Source: Oikopleura dioica (Eukaryota; Animalia; Chordata). Taken from it: DNA of 64,000 nucleotides. Below, in pieces: positions 33,162 to 45,300 of the stretch. The stretch lies in contig OU015566.1 in the NCBI GenBank assembly GCA_907165135.1, positions 12,834,001-12,898,000 on the forward strand, written 5' to 3'. Every line of letters begins with the position of its first letter. Position 1 is the first letter of the stretch. Under the pieces are notes generated by a model. It worked only from the letters and a program-made list of their open reading frames with translations. It ran no database searches and was not told the DNA's origin. A program made the position numbers and the translations under genes.

Positions 33162-35002
33162 CTTGAGAACTTCCATGCCCACAACACGCTCATCCTGTTG
33201 AATCTCCATTAACTCTCTCGTAATTCCACCATCATGACTTCTGTAGTCACCGCTCATTTTGCGAAGCAAGGTGCAGCGAATCGCTTGTTTTGGCAGTTGT
33301 TTGAATTCTGGGGGCAAGTAAAAGAGATTTTCGCTGGGATCGAGTCTCGAAATAATAATTCTTGTTCCGCTATCTAGAAGATGAACGACTGTTCTTTCGC
33401 TGTAGACGCCTAGAATTTCCGCTCGATACGCGTACTTTCTCTGGTCTTTCTCCCAAAGTGCCACACACGCTCGACCAGCAGTTATGTCTTCGTCTCTCAT
33501 GGCCTCCAAATTTGCCTGGGTTAGTTTTTCATTCAGGGAAGAAAGTTGTTCTTCGAATTCAGTTAGAATCGCGTAAACACCATTTCCATTTTCGCTATAT
33601 TCGTCGACGTTTTCAATCTTTACATCGTAAAGGACCCCAGGCGAGACTTGAACTGTTTCCATCTTTTCTGACTCGTCACTCGAAGCGGTAGAATATCCAC
33701 AGTCATGTACATTCCACATATACTCGGAGATCAATTCCTCACACAAGTTGTTCCCGTCAAAAAACAGGTCTGTTCGAGTAGGATCTTTAGTAGATGGCAC
33801 AGATTCGAAGATTCGCCTTTCTGCTACTTCGTCACCTTCAACTGCGTAGTGAGCGAAATCGTAAAAGTCAGCCTTTGCTTGCTTCACAATTTTCTGGGCA
33901 AAGGGGCAAGCCATTTTTGCGCATCGAACTCGAGATTTCAACCCTTGCAGAGCGTATTTCTTCACCATCGGAGGATGAACCTTGACAATGTCGCTGATTT
34001 GAGTGATTTCGTAAATTTGAGTGAAGGGAATTCGCTCTCGTCGTCCATAATCGACCAGTTGAACAACTACGCAGCCTTCGTCAACTTGTTTCTCGACGTA
34101 AAGAATGTGCCCGCGGGCGAGTATCCGATCATCGTCGCGGTTGGCAAAGGATTGTTTGTCGAACTGATAATATGGGCTGATATGTTTACTGTAAACGAGA
34201 CAGAGGACACCGCGGCGGATTGATTTCTTGTGCAATGGCTTGATTTTCGAAGTATAGTGCTCGTGGTTGATGATGTATTCTAGCAGCCTCGCGTCGCCCT
34301 CCGAAGAAACCGGAACGACCCAGAAGCTGAGGGGCGATTCAATGTGCCAGATGCGGACATTTTCTGGCTTTCTTTCTCCGTTTGTTGGGGCGTATTTCGC
34401 GACTTTATACGTGAACAGTGTTCGCAAGACATCCTGACATTCGCCTACATAAAGGTCGATATTTCTCGGCCCTTCGCTTCGCCGAACAGTGATGTCTTCA
34501 ATTAAGACAGTGTGGTGCAACAGTGTGCCAAGCGCGTCCATTGCGATTTCGCACCAGAGCTCGTTCGACTGAGGAGGCTTGATTCCCTTGAGCTGGAAGC
34601 ATTTTGCGGCGCCGAGGAGGTTTTCGTCGTCCGTGACGATTAGATCCGCGTAGGACTTGGTCGTTTGGCCGCCAGTGTCGATGAAGAGAAGGCGAGCGTA
34701 GTTCATGTGGGTCCGGTCGACGAGCTCCAGAACGCGGCAGCGGTACCAGTAGCCATCTTCGGGGTCAAGTGAGAGGTAGATTTTGTCCGGAGAGATGGCG
34801 TTCAAAGAAGGCGATGTTCCTTCAAGTATTGCTTCTCTATTGGAAGGAATGGAGTATTCTGAGCGCTCCTTCAGCGCAGAATTCCCCCAGACCTGGAGAA
34901 ACCCATCTAAATTCAACACTAAGACCAGGAAAATACAACAAGTCGCTTACCAGAAGTGAGATGAACAGCAGTTACGAGAATCTGCTCTGTTGGGCCACTC
35001 AT
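33162..35002 (-). CDS. Multi-Tudor domain protein, 5' portion
   Basis: ATG at 35002 lies 8 nt after a tttttag acceptor, followed by a 44-nt intron. Three Tudor motifs follow (WYRCRV..LFIDTG; ARGHI..LVDYG; YRAEI..LLDSG). The exon ends at a phase-0 donor AAG|gtagga at 33161. Confidence 0.88.
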
Positions 35003-35699
35003 CCTTTCATCTAAAAATTGAGAGCTTTATCAATCAAAGTTTTATATTAAATTTGAATAGATTTCTTCATGATACAGCGTTTGATACATACAGTACCCTA
35101 AGAAGCAGGGTATCGAGAACTTGATTTGCGGTATGAGTTTTTTCGGAGTTTTTTTTTTCTTGAACAGTTTTTTTCTCGAGCAATTATTTGGCATTCGGCG
35201 AATTTTTTGATATTTATCATTTTGTGATTCTTCTTCATATATAGTTAAAAAGGGAGGAAACAGTGCACAAGATTGTTTTAATATTTTTTTTAATATTTTG
35301 AGGGTTTTGTGGAGCAATGAACACTTGCTGGAACGAGCAAGAAAAAGAAAAGAAATGTAGGAATATAATTTATAAAAACAGTTCAAAAACGTTTCTAAAA
35401 CAGTTATAAAAAGCTGAAAACGGGTGGAATTCTTCTAATTTTTGTAGGTTTTGCAGCACGATTTTGATTGAACTTAGCAAGCGGTTTTCTTCGTTGTTGT
35501 CATTTTTCGTTTTTTGTGTTAGTACCAAAAAGTTTTTACACACTCATTTTTCCGTCAGAAATCTGTCACTTTAACTGCACACATGGTCACTCTATGCTCA
35601 AAGAAATCACATAATCCCACGCTTGAAGACGAAAAAACGCTTCAAAGAATCACTTTATGGGTACTTTTCAGCGAATGGGAACGTCGAACAAGGAATAGT

Positions 35700-37303
35700 T
35701 CATGAGGTCAAACTATCATCTTCCTATTTTATCGCTTCTCTATTACAAAAGATCTCTGTGACCTGTCCCTATGTCATCTTGTTTGCTATTGGCATTGGCA
35801 TTTGTATACTCTTCTGCTTCGGGCAAGCTTAATTTTTAGATGATACATCTGTTGTCTAAAAAGTCGCCTCACCTGCAAACGAGGCCGGATTTTTGTGTCT
35901 GAACGGCAAGGTTCTGAATTGATACGGCGATGCCATTCGGCAAATTGGCCAGGCTAAGATTTCCTTGACTTTGAGACGCGCGCAGATCCATTTCGCTATG
36001 TCCTAGGGCGAGTTTTAGAACAAGGTTTGAATGAAAAAATGTACCTATGTCGTTGCAACTGCCGATAGAAACAGATTCTATCTGCTCGTTGCCGATGAGT
36101 TTGACAACTTGGCTCGTGTTGTGATCTTTTCGAACGATGTAGTTCTTGGCGCGTCCGTTCGTTTCGCCGTCGTGGAAAGCATGAGGATTTGTGACTTGGA
36201 ATGATGGCAGATTATTGATAACTGAGGGTGGAATTGAATTACTGAAAAGAAGACATTAGCACTTGAATAAGCCCTAAATGAATTACCAAAAGGTCCGATG
36301 CCAATTGAAACTGCAACCTTGGTCGAAAGGGGATTCTTTTGGATAACGGGCTGAGAACTGTTCGTAGGTCGTCCGACCATTTGTTATCAGGTAAGTATGG
36401 AACATCTTATCGAGCATTTTATGATAGAAGGAAAAGCGAAACCCTACCGTTAAACCGCAGACGAATAAAAATAATAAGAAAACAAGTGAACAGATGATGA
36501 TTGATATAACAACTTCCTTCTTCGTCTTGAAAAAAATCGAATCAAAATATAATAGGTATTCCGGTTACTTACAGCACTAAAGTCTTCGTCTTTCTTTGCA
36601 ACAAATATATACACTAATGAACATGTGAAAGTAAAGACCATGTGGAGCGTCTTTTTCGAGGATACAAATTTAAAAACGATGCGAAAATAGAAAAAGAGAG
36701 CATATAATTTTTGTATCCAAAACAAAGTGGCAAGATACCAGCAAAAGAAGCGGTAATTTCTCCTTCCAATACAGTTCCCCAGCCATGGACAGTGGTGATC
36801 AAAGTCTTGGACGCAGTTATCGCAAACAGAACAGTGCGAACTCCTAGGAAATGGATGGAATTAATAATAGAGATGATCAAGTACCTTGGAGGGCGATAGA
36901 ATTTACATGTACTGCACCACTTCATTTGGACGGCAACGTTGTTGATGTTGATGTTTTTGTACAAGGGCATGAGATCGTCTTCGACTACTTCTTCCGGTGG
37001 CACCCTTATTTACGGGTTAGGAAAAGGGCTGATGAAAGAGGCAATACCTGGGAAAGATGCCAGGATCCATGGTAGAAGCAGTAATGAAGTGAACCATGGT
37101 GAGGACGAAGAGGATAATGTCGACGAAGGTGAAGCACCTAAGCCCTTCATTTTCCTCGATATTGAGCAGCTCTCGTCCGGGATAGCTAGAAATACGGGTG
37201 ACATATTATTCCAGGAGCTGTTCTACCAATAGAAGGCGACAGTAATTCCAATTTTTAGCAGCAGCGCCACCGCCACTGGCACGAGCCGCTTGAACGTTCC
37301 CAT
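35700..37303 (-). CDS. DHHC palmitoyltransferase (ZDHHC5/8-like; 3' end approximate)
   Basis: [14 protein letters not shown] and [19 protein letters not shown] (DHHC at 36789-36800), with flanking TM segments. Confidence 0.88.
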
Positions 37304-38275
37304 CAATTCATTCTTTAACCTTATCAGCTTTCGTTATCAGTTGATTTTGAGCTTGAGTTTATTAATCGGATTCACGAGTTTATTTACCGGCCGTATATTG
37401 TATGAAGAACTTTGTTAGAAAATAAAACAACGAAGTTGAGTTTGCGTTAAAAATTAAGGGTAAATCGTTCGCAGAAAATTTTACAGGAAGTGTTAATTAG
37501 AGCCTCTTCTACGCCAAGTACAGTAAGAATTGCAGGACCATACTGTATCTAGTCGGCGTTAATTGGCGCTCAGAATCATCAAAGATATTTTTTTCTTTGA
37601 AATAGAAATTTTGAAATTCGGATTTTTTAACAAAGCTGGGTTTGAACATTTTGCCCAAATAAAAACGAAAATGAAAGTTTATAAATTTACAGTGAACATA
37701 TTGTTGTTTATACTCTTGCGTAATTTTTAGGTGAGAAAAGTGATGGGATAAAAAGCAAGAAATTGGAGGCGGAATTATAATGGCATTATTTTGAATGAGG
37801 AAGATGCATCAGTTTGGGACGATTGATCGGTCAGCAATTTTATAGTAAGTTGGTTCCTTTTTTTCTTGAAAAAGAAAGGGTTGTAAACAGCAAGCCAAGA
37901 TCAAATCATTAATCAAGGTAAATTAATACTAGCTCCACTGTCGGAATCACACGACGTCATACGATCCCTGTATATATGAGTTCAAGGAGTGTTACAGTCA
38001 CGTTCGAGTTTGAGTTATGGAAAAAGTGAGTAAGAACATGATGGTTATAGAAAAAAAATATAGAGATGGTAATATAGTGACAGAGTTATAGAGGAAAAAG
38101 GAGTAGTAGTAACATGTGTGAGGAAGAATTATTGAAGATTTGAGCTGACGGGAAAGCTAAAAAAAATAAGCGTTAGAAATTTTTCTCTGTGACTATATGT
38201 GTTTTTAAAATAAAGTTGAGCGTTCTTTTTATCCGATAAAATAAGATAATTATCCAATAAAATGATAAAAACTTA

Positions 38276-38590
38276 CCGTGCGTGGAGAAGTTATGAAGGG
38301 TTTCCATCTGAAAGTGGATTATCTATCATGGAATCGAGTAAAGTTGCGTTTTCTGATGTATTTAAAGTGGAAGAGTACGAAAGCGAGGCTGCTGAAGTCG
38401 TTCCGCTAAGCGGTGCGGGAGTCGCTAGAGGATCTGATGTTGTCGAGTGCTCACGAAGTGGGCCCTCGTCGATGTTTCGTCCAGTCAAGACGATTACTGT
38501 CACGACGATTGCGATCAGCACTGTGCCCCAGAAGACGAGTGAAGCGATGATTACTGTTTTGTTGTTGTAGCGATTTGATCGCGACGTCAT
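38276..38590 (-). CDS. Exon encoding a type II membrane protein N-terminus (TM + Ser/Thr stalk); downstream exons not identified
   Basis: TVIIASLVFWGTVLIAIVVTVIVLTG; gtaag donor near 38275. Confidence 0.5.
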
Positions 38591-38766
38591 ATTTCCACTG
38601 AAAAAATGAATTTCGAATATCTAAAGCTAGAATTTTCAGGAAAGAAAGCGTTCTACAAAAGCAAAATATAACTGAGCTCTTCTCTGTGAATATATACTGC
38701 CTTTAGACTAAGAGTGTGAGAGTTTGATAATGTAGAATTAATGGGAAGACGTCACAATATCTCAAG

Positions 38767-39738
38767 CAAGGTCTCGAATTTGGTGTGGCCCGCTGTGCGA
38801 GAAAATGAGTCCCCTGAAATGTATCACAAAAAGATGTGCGCGGGATTCGAGGATCACAGAAACTGCTGTGATTCACTCGCGCACATCGCCAAATCTGATG
38901 TGGCCGGTCACAGCTCTCGATCACAGATTGATGTGATCGAAAATTTTCAGTCACAAATTTCGCGTGATTCAAAAGTGAGGGATGGGCATTGATGACTTTT
39001 AAAACAACAAAATTATGAATCATGCGCCTTTTTTAGCTGACTTTTTTGAAAGTTGCTTATTTAATTCATTTATAATATTCATAACCTATGAATTATAACT
39101 TATGATTCATAAGATTAATTGATTAACACGGACCCGGAACTCGAATTGTTTTATTGATGAAGCCTCTAACCTCTCGCACCGCCAAAAATAGGTCATGGTC
39201 ATCCCTCTCAGTGGCGTTTGGCGCCAGGAAGTGTCAGTAAAATCAGATTGGCTGGAAAAAATATAAATTTTTCGTCTTCGAACAGCCATAACTTATTGAA
39301 ACCAAGTAAATTTGTTTATAAGTAAACTTATGTAAAATAAGGTATCAATCGAAAGTTCAGATTCTGACTCCTGAATCAGGAGTTTATTTGTCTATTTCAG
39401 TCATAGGATAAATTTTGTCCATAAATTGAGAATAGCCATAATTTAAATAATTTTCTCTACTTCTTATTATGATAAGAATACTTTAAATTCAATAAATCAA
39501 ATTCATGATTATAATTCAATTGAATAATCTATTTAATTGATGAAGAAAATCACCAGAATTCGGTCGCTGTGACTCGATCACAAAAATATGTGCGCGAGAT
39601 TATCCCTAAAATCCGCGGTGTGATCGAGCCTCGATCGCAGCTCCTTTGCGCTCCGAAAAACCAGCGCACATCTTTTTGTGCGCCACTTTGGAAGAACCCT
39701 TTTCGCGCACAGCGGGCCACACCAAATCCGAGACCTTG
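38767..39738. mobile_element. hAT-type MITE
   Basis: ~39-bp TIR starting CAAGGTCTCG(A/G)ATTTGGTGTGGCCCGCTGTGCG; exact 8-bp TSD ATCTCAAG at 38759-38766 and 39739-39746. Confidence 0.92.
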
Positions 39739-39846
39739 ATCTCAAGCTCAAATCCGAGATTTTGACTGAGAGTCGGGTTAATTTGATTCCATTACTTCTC
39801 GTTTAGAATTGACCTTTAGAATCATTCTGACTAGTTGAAGCGAATT

Positions 39847-40209
39847 CTAGCGCAGTGAGGAATCATGTGAAAACCTTTTATTGAACCTGTTAGTGCGTAT
39901 TAGTTGAGTATCTTCCGCCGGACAAGGTAGCGATCGGTCGCTTGCGCCCGTGTTCGATTTTGACCTGGAACCCTGCGCTTCCAGATCGAGACAGTCCTCG
40001 CTTCTTGTGCATGTTTCTTCGAGGATTTCTGTCGACTGTGGCTCACTCGCGTTCTCACATGGAGAAACTGTTACTACAGTGTCCAAGGGCCTCGTTGCTT
40101 GGATTTGTTGATTTTGCGGTTTTTGATCTATAGCAGATTTTGATAAAAGAAAGCTGAAAAACTGATAAGCACCTGTTATTCCATCGCCATCTTCTACCGA
40201 AGTCGACAT
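39847..40209 (-). CDS. Small hypothetical protein
   Basis: Ser/Thr/Glu-rich ORF with no recognised domain. Confidence 0.35.
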   Translation of the reverse strand: MSTSVEDGDGITGAYQFFSFLLSKSAIDQKPQNQQIQATRPLDTVVTVSPCENASEPQSTEILEETCTRSEDCLDLEAQGSRSKSNTGASDRSLPCPAEDTQLIRTNRFNKRFSHDSSLR

Positions 40210-40416
40210 TTTCCGCCAGACCAGGCTGAACAAATAAATTTTAAAGCATCAGCTCAAAAGAGATAGTAACTTTTTGACTGAATTTGAAGATAACGAGGGA
40301 TTTTCTTTGAGAAATACTTTATTGCTGATAAATAACGAAATCTTAAAATGCGCATATGACAGTGGAAAAAAGCGGAGAAGAACAGTCACAATAACTGTGA
40401 AAATAAATAGGATAAG

Positions 40417-41640
40417 TTAATAGTTAGGGTAATAGTTGTACATGCCGCCCATTCTGTAATTGTAGAATCCATAGGCGGGAACCTGGGGCTGCATGAAAAC
40501 CGGCTGGGGCTGAGGCTGTGGCTGCTGGACAATGATGGGCTGTTGGGGCTGGGGTTCAGGTTGTTGGATGATAATTGGCTGTTGTGGCTGAGGCTGGGGC
40601 TGTTGGACGATGATAGGTTGCTGGGGTTGCGGTTGAGGTTGCTGAACAATGATAGGTTGTTGTGGCTGAGGTTGAGGTTGTTGGATAATGATTGGCTGCT
40701 GTTGTTGAGGCTGGGGTTGAGAGTGGTTGATGATAATTGGCTGCTGTGGTGGAGCGGGAGGTGCGGTTAGGTTGATGACGGTTGGAGGAAGGTTGACGTT
40801 GACTCGGTTGCATCCGCCAGAAGAACCAGCGCCGAACATCATCATGAAAAAAAGCAAATCTTCGTTGTTGGAAGAGCCGGAGGAGTCCATGAGCATGAGT
40901 GGGAGCATCATGTTAGATCCCATCGCACTTCCAGGAGCACCACTCTGCAGGGCCATCATAAGAACGAGCATGGAAGTATCATCAGTGGCACCAGTAGTAT
41001 CGTTCATCAAAAGGAAAGGAAGGAGCATGTTGAAGGAGTTGTCGAAACCGCTCTGAGTGTTCATACCGCCAGTCATAGAGTTCAAAAGAACCATTGTGAG
41101 AATTTCATCCATGCTGTCTCCGCCAAGAGTCGATCGTCGTTTTCTGCTGTCGTCGGAGAAGAGATCCATCATGAGGAGCGTGCTCATGTCCATTGCTCCA
41201 CCGCCGCTCATGCTGGAGAACATGAGCATTGTCATGAGCGAATCAGTGCTGGATGCAAGCGCGCTGCCATCATCGGAGAAAAGTAAAAAGGGAAGAAGAT
41301 TGGACATGGCGTTGTTTGTGTTGACATTGCAGTCGCCCTGGATGGTCGAAAGAAGCATGAAGGTAGAAAGCATGTCAGTATCGCCAGTGTTGTTCATCAA
41401 AAGAAGTGGAAGAAGCGAGTCCATGCTGCCAGCGCCGCCGCTCATGAGAAGCATCATCAATTCGTCGGAATTCGCATTTCCATCGCCCATGAGAAGGAAA
41501 GGAAGCATGCCACCCATCTGGCTCTGTTGAGAAGCAGACATGCCACCGTTGCCAAGAAGCTGCATGAGAAGAAAGTCATCTGAAGCGAGGTCGAAGGATT
41601 TGACGCTGCTGAGAGCGAAGAAAAGGCTGAATATCTTCAT
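40417..41640 (-). CDS. Secreted low-complexity Met/Leu/Ser/Asp/Gly-rich protein with C-terminal QQPIII-QQPQPQP repeats
   Basis: Signal peptide MKIFSLFFALSSVKS; recurring (M/L)LP(F/L)LLM units; six QP repeats; Tyr-rich end; intronless. Confidence 0.85.
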   Translation of the reverse strand: MKIFSLFFALSSVKSFDLASDDFLLMQLLGNGGMSASQQSQMGGMLPFLLMGDGNANSDELMMLLMSGGAGSMDSLLPLLLMNNTGDTDMLSTFMLLSTIQGDCNVNTNNAMSNLLPFLLFSDDGSALASSTDSLMTMLMFSSMSGGGAMDMSTLLMMDLFSDDSRKRRSTLGGDSMDEILTMVLLNSMTGGMNTQSGFDNSFNMLLPFLLMNDTTGATDDTSMLVLMMALQSGAPGSAMGSNMMLPLMLMDSSGSSNNEDLLFFMMMFGAGSSGGCNRVNVNLPPTVINLTAPPAPPQQPIIINHSQPQPQQQQPIIIQQPQPQPQQPIIVQQPQPQPQQPIIVQQPQPQPQQPIIIQQPEPQPQQPIIVQQPQPQPQPVFMQPQVPAYGFYNYRMGGMYNYYPNY

Positions 41641-42390
41641 CGTTTGTGCTTTGCTTTTTGGTTTGTTGTTTTGATTGTTGTTTTTGAAGTTGGAAGTGAG
41701 TTGATGATGATTCGGGAATTCGTGCTGGATTTATACTTCCAAGGCCACCAAGCGGTGACCCAGAAGTTCAGGTTGATAGCGTGCCTGATTGAAGCACACG
41801 ATACGCACGATTAATGACCGATATGATCCGTTCTAGCGAATTCGAACCATTCGCTTCGTTCTCTCTTTTTCTGATTGTTAGCAAGAAAAAATGAACAAGA
41901 GACATATTATTTTCTTCTACTAGGAAGTTTATTGGTTTGTTCTGTATTGTTTTCATATTGCACATAAAATTCTTTTTCAATCGATCAGTTATGAATATCC
42001 TTTAACTGATTTTTACAGAAGCAATAGTAACTCATAAAAAACAAGTTGATTTTTGACTTGGAAATTCCAGCACTCAAAAGTTTTGAACAGATATTTATGG
42101 AGGGAACAGAGGGCAGGAAATGAGTCTTTTTTTTCTTTTATGAGTTCGGTAAAAATAGTAATTTAAATAAAAATACTTTGACTAACGTAGTAACGGAATA
42201 ACTAAAGAATGATTAGTTTGAACAAGACAGAAGCGTAAACGAATATTGTCTAAAAATGGAACAGATGTTTTTTTGTTTTGAAGAAGCGAAAAGGAGAACG
42301 AAAAAATGGATTATCTATAATTGGGATAATCTAAAAATAAAGGTAGTGACAAGAAGAAGAATAAATTTATAATTTCTCTAAGATGATTTT

Positions 42391-45300
42391 TTAAAGTTCT
42401 GAGCCGTCGTGCGTCGTATCTTTAGCTGGCTCTTCAGTCGTCGTTTCTTCGGCGGGTTTTTCTTCCTCGCTTGCTGGAGCATCTTTTGGAACTTCCTCGC
42501 CTTCCTCAGCGTTAACTTCTTCTCCTTCTTCGCCCGTGGTAGTCGGCTCGATCGTTGGTGGCTCAGTGGGCTTTGGTGGCCTCCACGTTCGAATCTTCTT
42601 GTAGAGAATCTCTCCGGCGTTTGAAAGGGTCTTCTCTTTCACCTGAAATAGATAATATTGTAAGATGGGGATTCATTTTATTGGAGTTTCTTTTTTGAGT
42701 ACGGCGAAACCTCGCAAGCTCATTAACAAATAGTCCGGGGGTCATAAAATTAAACTAAATGACCCGTCAAGTGGATCTTGGGAGGTTTGAAATTACCTGA
42801 ACATCCATGACCTTGAAAGCAGGGTCCTCATGCTGGGCCAGGGCTGCTTGAGCTTCAGTCTTTTCCTTGAGCCAATCGGTGACTTTGTCGAGCTTTTCAG
42901 ACATTTCGAAGACGTCTTCTTGGCTGAGAGCAAGACCCTCGCCGGTTTGGTTCTTGTAGGTTTCCATGAAGAGTTCTCGCATTCCAGAGATCATTTTCTA
43001 AAGAGCAATTTTAACAAAGTGGATCGATCGGGGTGCGAGGCGAAGTTAACCGTGACAGTATTTATAAATTTTACGCTTCCTAGCTTTCGAGGTCAGAATT
43101 AGTCCTAAAATGACCGCTACGAGCTATTACGAATAGCCTATTCGGCAAAATTAGTTTTTTTTTATAAAAGTGTAAAATGAAATCCCTTTTTAGAAATTTT
43201 TCTACTAATTCATCGTCGATTTGAGAATTTCCCCCTAAAATTTTACCTCGAGACGCTCAACAGCTTCAGGGCGCTTTTCATGTTCTTCGAATCGTCGCTC
43301 CCAATCGCGAGTCAGCTTTTTGAGCTCGGCAAGCTTGTCGTCAAATGTCACAGCGGTTGGTTCCTCGACATCCCAAAGCCAATCCGATGCAGCCGAGAGG
43401 GCCGCGGCGACTTCTTCTCGCTGTTCTTCACTGTGAAAAAATATTTTAATGATAAGTTATAAAATGTATCAAAGATATATTCATTTGCTCCAATCGGTAC
43501 TGGGACATATAAGGTTGTATAAGATTATGTGACTTAATAGGTACCTGATAGCATCAGTCCATCCTTCTCTGTACAACTTGTCTTGTCGATCGTAAATAAA
43601 ACTTTCCAAATCGTTGAAAGACTTTTCCTTCGCCAATCGATCAGCATCAGCTTGATCCAATGCCTAGAATAGTCACTAAAGAATCTATGTTTCCACTTAA
43701 AAATACCTTGATCTGATTGTAAATGGCTTCTCGCTCGTCTCCAGAGACAGATTCCAGATCGTGGTTGACAGCAGTTGATTCGAGAATGACGGAGAATTTC
43801 TTGATGACTTTCTTTGGTTCTTCAGCTTTTCCCTCCTGAAGATTTGTTAAAATTTATCTCCCTGATTCTTACTTACCACAGCAGCAGGTTCAGCTTCACC
43901 ATCCTTCGGTTCTTCAGCTTTTGCTTCTTCGGCTTTTGCGTCTTCAGCCGCGGGTTCCTCAGCTTTGGGCTCTTCCTCTTTGGCAGCTTCCTCCTCAGGT
44001 TTTTCTTCTGCAGCTGGCTCGTCGGAATCAGTCGAATCTTCGCCCGTGGCTTCGTCTCCAGCTGCTCCTTCAGCATCTTTCTTTTCCTTTGCTGCCTTTC
44101 CGAGCTCTTCAAGCACTTGTTCGGCAGTTTTTCCATCGGTATCTTCTCCATTGAAGAATGATCCAAACTTGTCCTTGATCTTGTCCAGCGTGCTCTTGTC
44201 GATATCTGGCATATCAGGCATCTTTGCTTTCTCATCCTTTTTCGGGGCTTCTGGCTCTTCGAAAACTTCGTGTTCAAAAGTTGCATCGGCGGATTCGAGG
44301 ACAAGGATTCCAGAGTCGTTCATTCGGAAATGAGCTTCAATTGTTTTAATAAGAGATTAAAGCTTTTAATCTACCTTTGACTCCCTTAGGATCGGCGTGC
44401 GTGTTGTTCTCATGTGCCCCTTTGACGCCTGCAAGATTTACAGTCTCCTGGAGTTGTCCATCAATGAACACACTGAAGCTGAAATCATCCGCAAATCGGT
44501 TGAATGTGATTGCTTTCTTTTGAGGATAGGGATTCATCTTTTGGAAAAGAGTTCGCTTAATAGTCTTCTTGGTGACGCCATCTTCTTGGATTTCTTCGGG
44601 CTCGAGGTCACGCTCAAATCGGACCTCGACGGGCTTTTGGACGGCATCCTTGATGAACATCGTTTTCACTCGGAAAACCTGTATTTTGGTTCATAATTTT
44701 TTTACAAATGCCAGATTGATTTCTGACTTTTCCTGCAATAGAACATCCCCCTGGGCGTTTATTTGAACCGTTCCTTTGATACAAAAGCCGCATGATAAGA
44801 TCCACCAAGAGCAGCAGCCTCATCAGCATTAATATTGAAACTGAGTTCAGCTCCATTCAGTTCCTTCTTGAGCGCTTCTTGAATTGCAGGCACACGCATT
44901 CCACCGCCAAACATGATCACTTGGCTAATTTCGTCGTTGGACATTCCCGAAGATTTGAAGGCCTCTCGAACAGCTTCCATGGCCTGTTCAATGTCTCCTT
45001 GGATGGATGCTTCGAGTTCGTCTCTGGTGATTTTCGCCTTGAAGTCTTCATCATCGATGAGTTGCTGGACTCCGGCCATGTGTTCCTTATTCGCGGAAAG
45101 GACCATTTTCGCCTTGTTCGCCGCTACGAGCATTTTAGCCATGGCTCGGCCAGTTTTCTGTGTTTTGATATCTTGACTTGTCTTTTTCGTCTCTTCCCAC
45201 TTCTCGACGAGTTTGTCTCGCACCGTCAAATCAATTTTTAAACCGCCAACTGGTGCGACACCGACGCCCTTGATAGCGACTTGAGGAGCTGTCTCTGTCT

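Noticed and set aside
33705-34223. 172-aa plus-strand ORF, and similar antisense ORFs over HYOU1, PKG and the island genes
   Set aside because: These are shadow ORFs opposite well-supported coding exons.
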